Assembly (NCBI RefSeq): GCF_001457615.1
Contig: NZ_LN831024.1
Coordinates: 3,420,001-3,452,000 of the forward strand
Source of the DNA: Pseudomonas aeruginosa
Lineage (GTDB): Bacteria; Pseudomonadota; Gammaproteobacteria; Pseudomonadales; Pseudomonadaceae
DNA length: 32,000 nt
Direction: 5' to 3'
In this document: positions 29,501-32,000 of the stretch, in pieces
Layout: each line of letters opens with the position of its first letter
How positions within the stretch are numbered: the stretch's first letter is position 1
Notes under the pieces: model-generated
Database searches by the model: none
Told to the model about the DNA's origin: nothing
What the model saw: only the letters and a program-made list of their open reading frames with translations
Position numbers and translations under genes: made by a program

Positions 29501-29788
29501 ATGTACCGAGACACCGTGACCCTCACCGTCAGCGCCGAGCAACGCGGCCGCGAAAGCGAGGCCGTGGACAACCCGAACGTCGCCATCGGCCTGGAAAGCG
29601 TCGAGCCGGGCGTGCTCAAGCTGCACTTCGAAGGCCAGCTGGACGCCCCGGAGAACGCTACCCACATCTGCTTCAGCCTGACCATCGGCCTCACCTACTA
29701 CGGCCCGATCCTCGACGGCGCGGCCAGCGAGAACGGCGGCTGGATGACCTTCGAAAGCGACATGCTCGACCCGGCGCAACTGGCCTGA
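29501..29788 (+). CDS. small hypothetical protein (95 aa)
   Basis: ATG 29501 with GGAG 6 nt upstream. Third positions are almost all G or C. No recognisable motif. Confidence 0.65.
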   Translation: MYRDTVTLTVSAEQRGRESEAVDNPNVAIGLESVEPGVLKLHFEGQLDAPENATHICFSLTIGLTYYGPILDGAASENGGWMTFESDMLDPAQLA

Positions 29789-29797
29789 TCGACTCTC

Positions 29798-29832
29798 CTT
29801 CGCAGCCATCCACCATGCGGAAGGCTGCGAAG
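29798..29832 (+). terminator. hairpin after the 95-aa gene (weak terminator candidate)
   Basis: CTTCGCAGCC (29798-29807) and GGCTGCGAAG (29823-29832) form a perfect 10-bp stem with a 15-nt loop, starting 10 nt after the stop. There is no clear T-tract. Confidence 0.3.
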
Positions 29833-29839
29833 TGGCACT

Positions 29840-29868
29840 TTGACACCCATCCCCCGGCGGTCTATAGA
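29840..29868 (+). promoter_or_regulatory. sigma-70-like promoter candidate (TTGACA-N17-TATAGA)
   Basis: Perfect -35 TTGACA at 29840-29845, a 17-nt spacer, and TATAGA at 29863-29868. It would produce a leader of about 290 nt ahead of the lipoprotein hydrolase gene at 30162. Confidence 0.35.
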
Positions 29869-30161
29869 CAGTTGCAGAACAGACACGGAAGTGGTGGTTC
29901 AGCATGTCAACGTCTTCGACAGTTCGCCCCACGACGAGCCTTTCCGGGATATCCCAGGCCCGCTTCCAGGGGACCCTGACACACGCCTCCCCAGCCTTTC
30001 GCGGGACGACTTCTCCGCCTGCGCTCTCCCATCCCCCATGACAGCACCCGGCCGGCGACACGGGCACCGACAGCGCCAGAGCGTACCGACCGGCCTGCGT
30101 AACGGGTAGCGACCGGTCGAGTTCTGGCGCGCCGGAAAAGAATCTCCACGCGGGAATCGTC

Positions 30162-31571
30162 ATGAAAATACTCGCCCTTCTCGCAGCCTGCCTGCTGGCA
30201 GGCTGCGCCGCCAACGCCCCGCTGCGCGATGACAGCGAATCGACCTGCGCCGACATGCGGCCTTGCAGCGACAGCTACTACGAACGCCATCCGAACTACG
30301 AGATCGGCTTCGTCGAATACAGCGAGCGCGGCAACGACTTCGCGCCTGCCAGAACGCAACGCCTGATCGACCAGCTAAAGCGCTACTCCGCCCGGGGGGA
30401 CATCGCCATGGTGGTGTTCATTCACGGTTGGAAGCACAACGCGGGACGGGACGACGGCAACGTCGCCAGCTTCAACAAGGCACTCGCCAATCTCGCCTCC
30501 TCCGGGGTGCTGGGCAAACGCAGGCTGGTCGGCCTCTATGTTGGCTGGCGGGGCAAGTCGATGCATGGCCTGTATAGCGAGAACTTGACCTACTGGGACA
30601 GGAAGGCCGTCGCCGAGGAAGTCGGCCGGGGTGGCGTCGCCGAGTTGCTCGCCCAGTTGGAACGGATCGATCGCAAGGACAGGAACTATCTGGTGATCGT
30701 CGGCCACAGCTTCGGCGGCGCAATCACCCTCGGCGCACTTCACGACCCGTTGCTCGAACGCCTGCTGGCTCTCCAGGACGGTCAGCGGATACGCGCCTTC
30801 GGCGACGCGGTAATCATGCTGAATCCGGCGATAGAGGCCAATCAGGGCCTGCTGCTCAAGGAGAACAGCCTCAAGGTCGGCGCCCTGGGAACCCAGCCGC
30901 CGCCGCTGCTGTACGTCATCAGTTCGCACGGCGACAGCGCCACCCACTTCGCCTTCCCGCTCGGCCAATGGGTCGGCGTCAACCTCACCTGGAGCCAGGT
31001 GGACCTGGACAGGACCTACAACGGAACCCGCTATCGCCTCCGGGAAGAAGACCTGGATACCACCGCCCTCGGCAACTACAGCCTGTATCGGACCGCCCTG
31101 CTGATCGACCGCGAGTGCCCGCTGCCGGATGGCAGCGACAACTGCGCGCCAAGACCGCCCGAACCACGGGTGATCGACGACACCGATATCGGCAAATGGC
31201 GCTTCAGGAGCTTCTGCAGCGCGGACGGCGGCAACGCCGATCCGGCGCTGCCGCGCATGCCCTGCTACAGCAACGAGCCGGTCAACTTCATCTACACCTC
31301 GCAGTCCTTCATCGCCGACCACAACGATATCTTCAACGACCAGGTGATCGCCTTCATGGCCACCGCCGTCAGCAAGGCCATCTACGAACGCACGGCTGGC
31401 GCCTCCTACTACCGGGAGTGCCACGACCCGGTGCGGAAGAACTTCTCGTTCGGCAAGTGCTTCGACTTCCACTACCTCAAAGCCACGGCCATGCACCGGC
31501 GGCTGCAACGGCAACTCTCGGAACCCGGCACCCGCAGCGAACAGGACGTCCTCTATGAAAACCCTCTCTAG
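30162..31571 (+). CDS. lipoprotein alpha/beta-fold hydrolase (esterase/lipase-like)
   Basis: 469 aa. Lipobox MKILALLAACLLAGC. Segment VVFIHGWKHNAG and the nucleophile elbow VIVGHSFGG. Confidence 0.85.
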   Translation: MKILALLAACLLAGCAANAPLRDDSESTCADMRPCSDSYYERHPNYEIGFVEYSERGNDFAPARTQRLIDQLKRYSARGDIAMVVFIHGWKHNAGRDDGNVASFNKALANLASSGVLGKRRLVGLYVGWRGKSMHGLYSENLTYWDRKAVAEEVGRGGVAELLAQLERIDRKDRNYLVIVGHSFGGAITLGALHDPLLERLLALQDGQRIRAFGDAVIMLNPAIEANQGLLLKENSLKVGALGTQPPPLLYVISSHGDSATHFAFPLGQWVGVNLTWSQVDLDRTYNGTRYRLREEDLDTTALGNYSLYRTALLIDRECPLPDGSDNCAPRPPEPRVIDDTDIGKWRFRSFCSADGGNADPALPRMPCYSNEPVNFIYTSQSFIADHNDIFNDQVIAFMATAVSKAIYERTAGASYYRECHDPVRKNFSFGKCFDFHYLKATAMHRRLQRQLSEPGTRSEQDVLYENPL

Positions 31572-32000
31572 CCTGCTCCTGATCGGCTTCGCCGTCGTTC
31601 TGCTCGCCCCGCGGATGGCGCCCGCCGCCAGCGCCGCCGAAGACAAGGCCACCTATTGCGGCTCCGGCTTCACCCAGTATCTGGTTCCGGACGACGTCGC
31701 GGGCTGCTCGCTCAGCGAGGCCTGCCGCCTGCACGATATCTGCTACGGCCGCTGCGACAAGGACGGCGACCTCTACGGCAGCGCCTACTGCGCGCAAAGC
31801 GAAAAGTCCGAAGCCCGCAACATGAGCAAGCAGCAGTGCGACGCCAGGCTGCAGGCCGACATCGCCGCACAGAACGGCAACAGCCGCCTGTGCCGCGCGG
31901 TGGGAGGCGTCTACCGGGTATTCGTGAAGCACCTGGGGCAAGGTCCGTTCAATGGCCGGGAGGCACTGGACATCTACCTGAAGGTCATGCAATCGGCGCC
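31555..32000 (+). CDS. secreted Cys-rich protein with a secretory phospholipase A2-like signature (3' end outside the window)
   Basis: Absent from the ORF track because it has no stop within the window. ATG 31555 has AGGA 8 nt upstream and the ORF overlaps the upstream gene by 17 nt. Signal peptide MKTLSSLLLIGFAVVLLAPRMAPAASA/AEDK. Ca-loop-like Y34-C-G-S-G38 and active-site-like C57-R-L-H60-D61-I-C63-Y64. 8 Cys in 148 aa. High GC3. Confidence 0.7.
   Translation, partial: MKTLSSLLLIGFAVVLLAPRMAPAASAAEDKATYCGSGFTQYLVPDDVAGCSLSEACRLHDICYGRCDKDGDLYGSAYCAQSEKSEARNMSKQQCDARLQADIAAQNGNSRLCRAVGGVYRVFVKHLGQGPFNGREALDIYLKVMQSA

Noticed and set aside
29833-29850. TGGCAC motif suggesting a sigma-54 promoter
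   Set aside because: The -12 element is missing. The GG-N10-GC spacing lands on CC and there is no TTGC. The same bases overlap a better sigma-70 -35 hexamer.
29840-30109. 89-aa ORF in the gap before the lipoprotein hydrolase gene
   Set aside because: It starts at a TTG that is actually the -35-like TTGACA. GC3 is about 71%, there is no SD, and the composition is Pro/Arg-rich.

Overview
This 32-kb window (about 66% GC) is Pseudomonas aeruginosa core chromosome. From memory, and without a database search, the gene order matches PAO1 PA1915 down to about PA1887, in reverse orientation. Left to right it holds: the 3' end of a PucR-type regulator; a secreted halovibrin-like protein; a hypothetical protein; and the femI-femR-femA mycobactin cell-surface-signalling and uptake locus. 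As written, femA has an apparent 1-nt deletion in its signal-peptide region. It is followed by tightly coupled genes for a PepSY membrane protein, a 62-aa membrane ORF hidden in the ORF track, an MFS transporter, a membrane-anchored PAF-acetylhydrolase-like hydrolase and a HIT-like protein. Next comes a 3.6-copy tandem array of a 144-bp unit built from REP-type palindromes, then the complete phenazine operon phzA2-phzG2 on the minus strand, then the orphan LuxR receptor gene qscR. A divergent control region carries the QscR box ACCTGCCCGGAAGGGCAGGT and drives a tightly packed 7-gene operon: two membrane di-iron oxygenases, a 2OG/Fe(II) oxygenase, an Ntn penicillin-acylase-family protein and three proteins I cannot place in any family. 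The window ends with a GST, two small genes, and a lipoprotein alpha/beta-hydrolase whose 3' end overlaps a secreted Cys-rich ORF carrying a secretory phospholipase A2 signature (YCGSG ... CxxHDxCY). I saw no rRNA, tRNA, CRISPR, IS or prophage genes. The best candidates for an undescribed system are the QscR-box operon, whose chemistry is unknown, and the hydrolase plus sPLA2-like pair at the right edge. All family assignments rest on motifs read from the translations plus recall; no searches were run.
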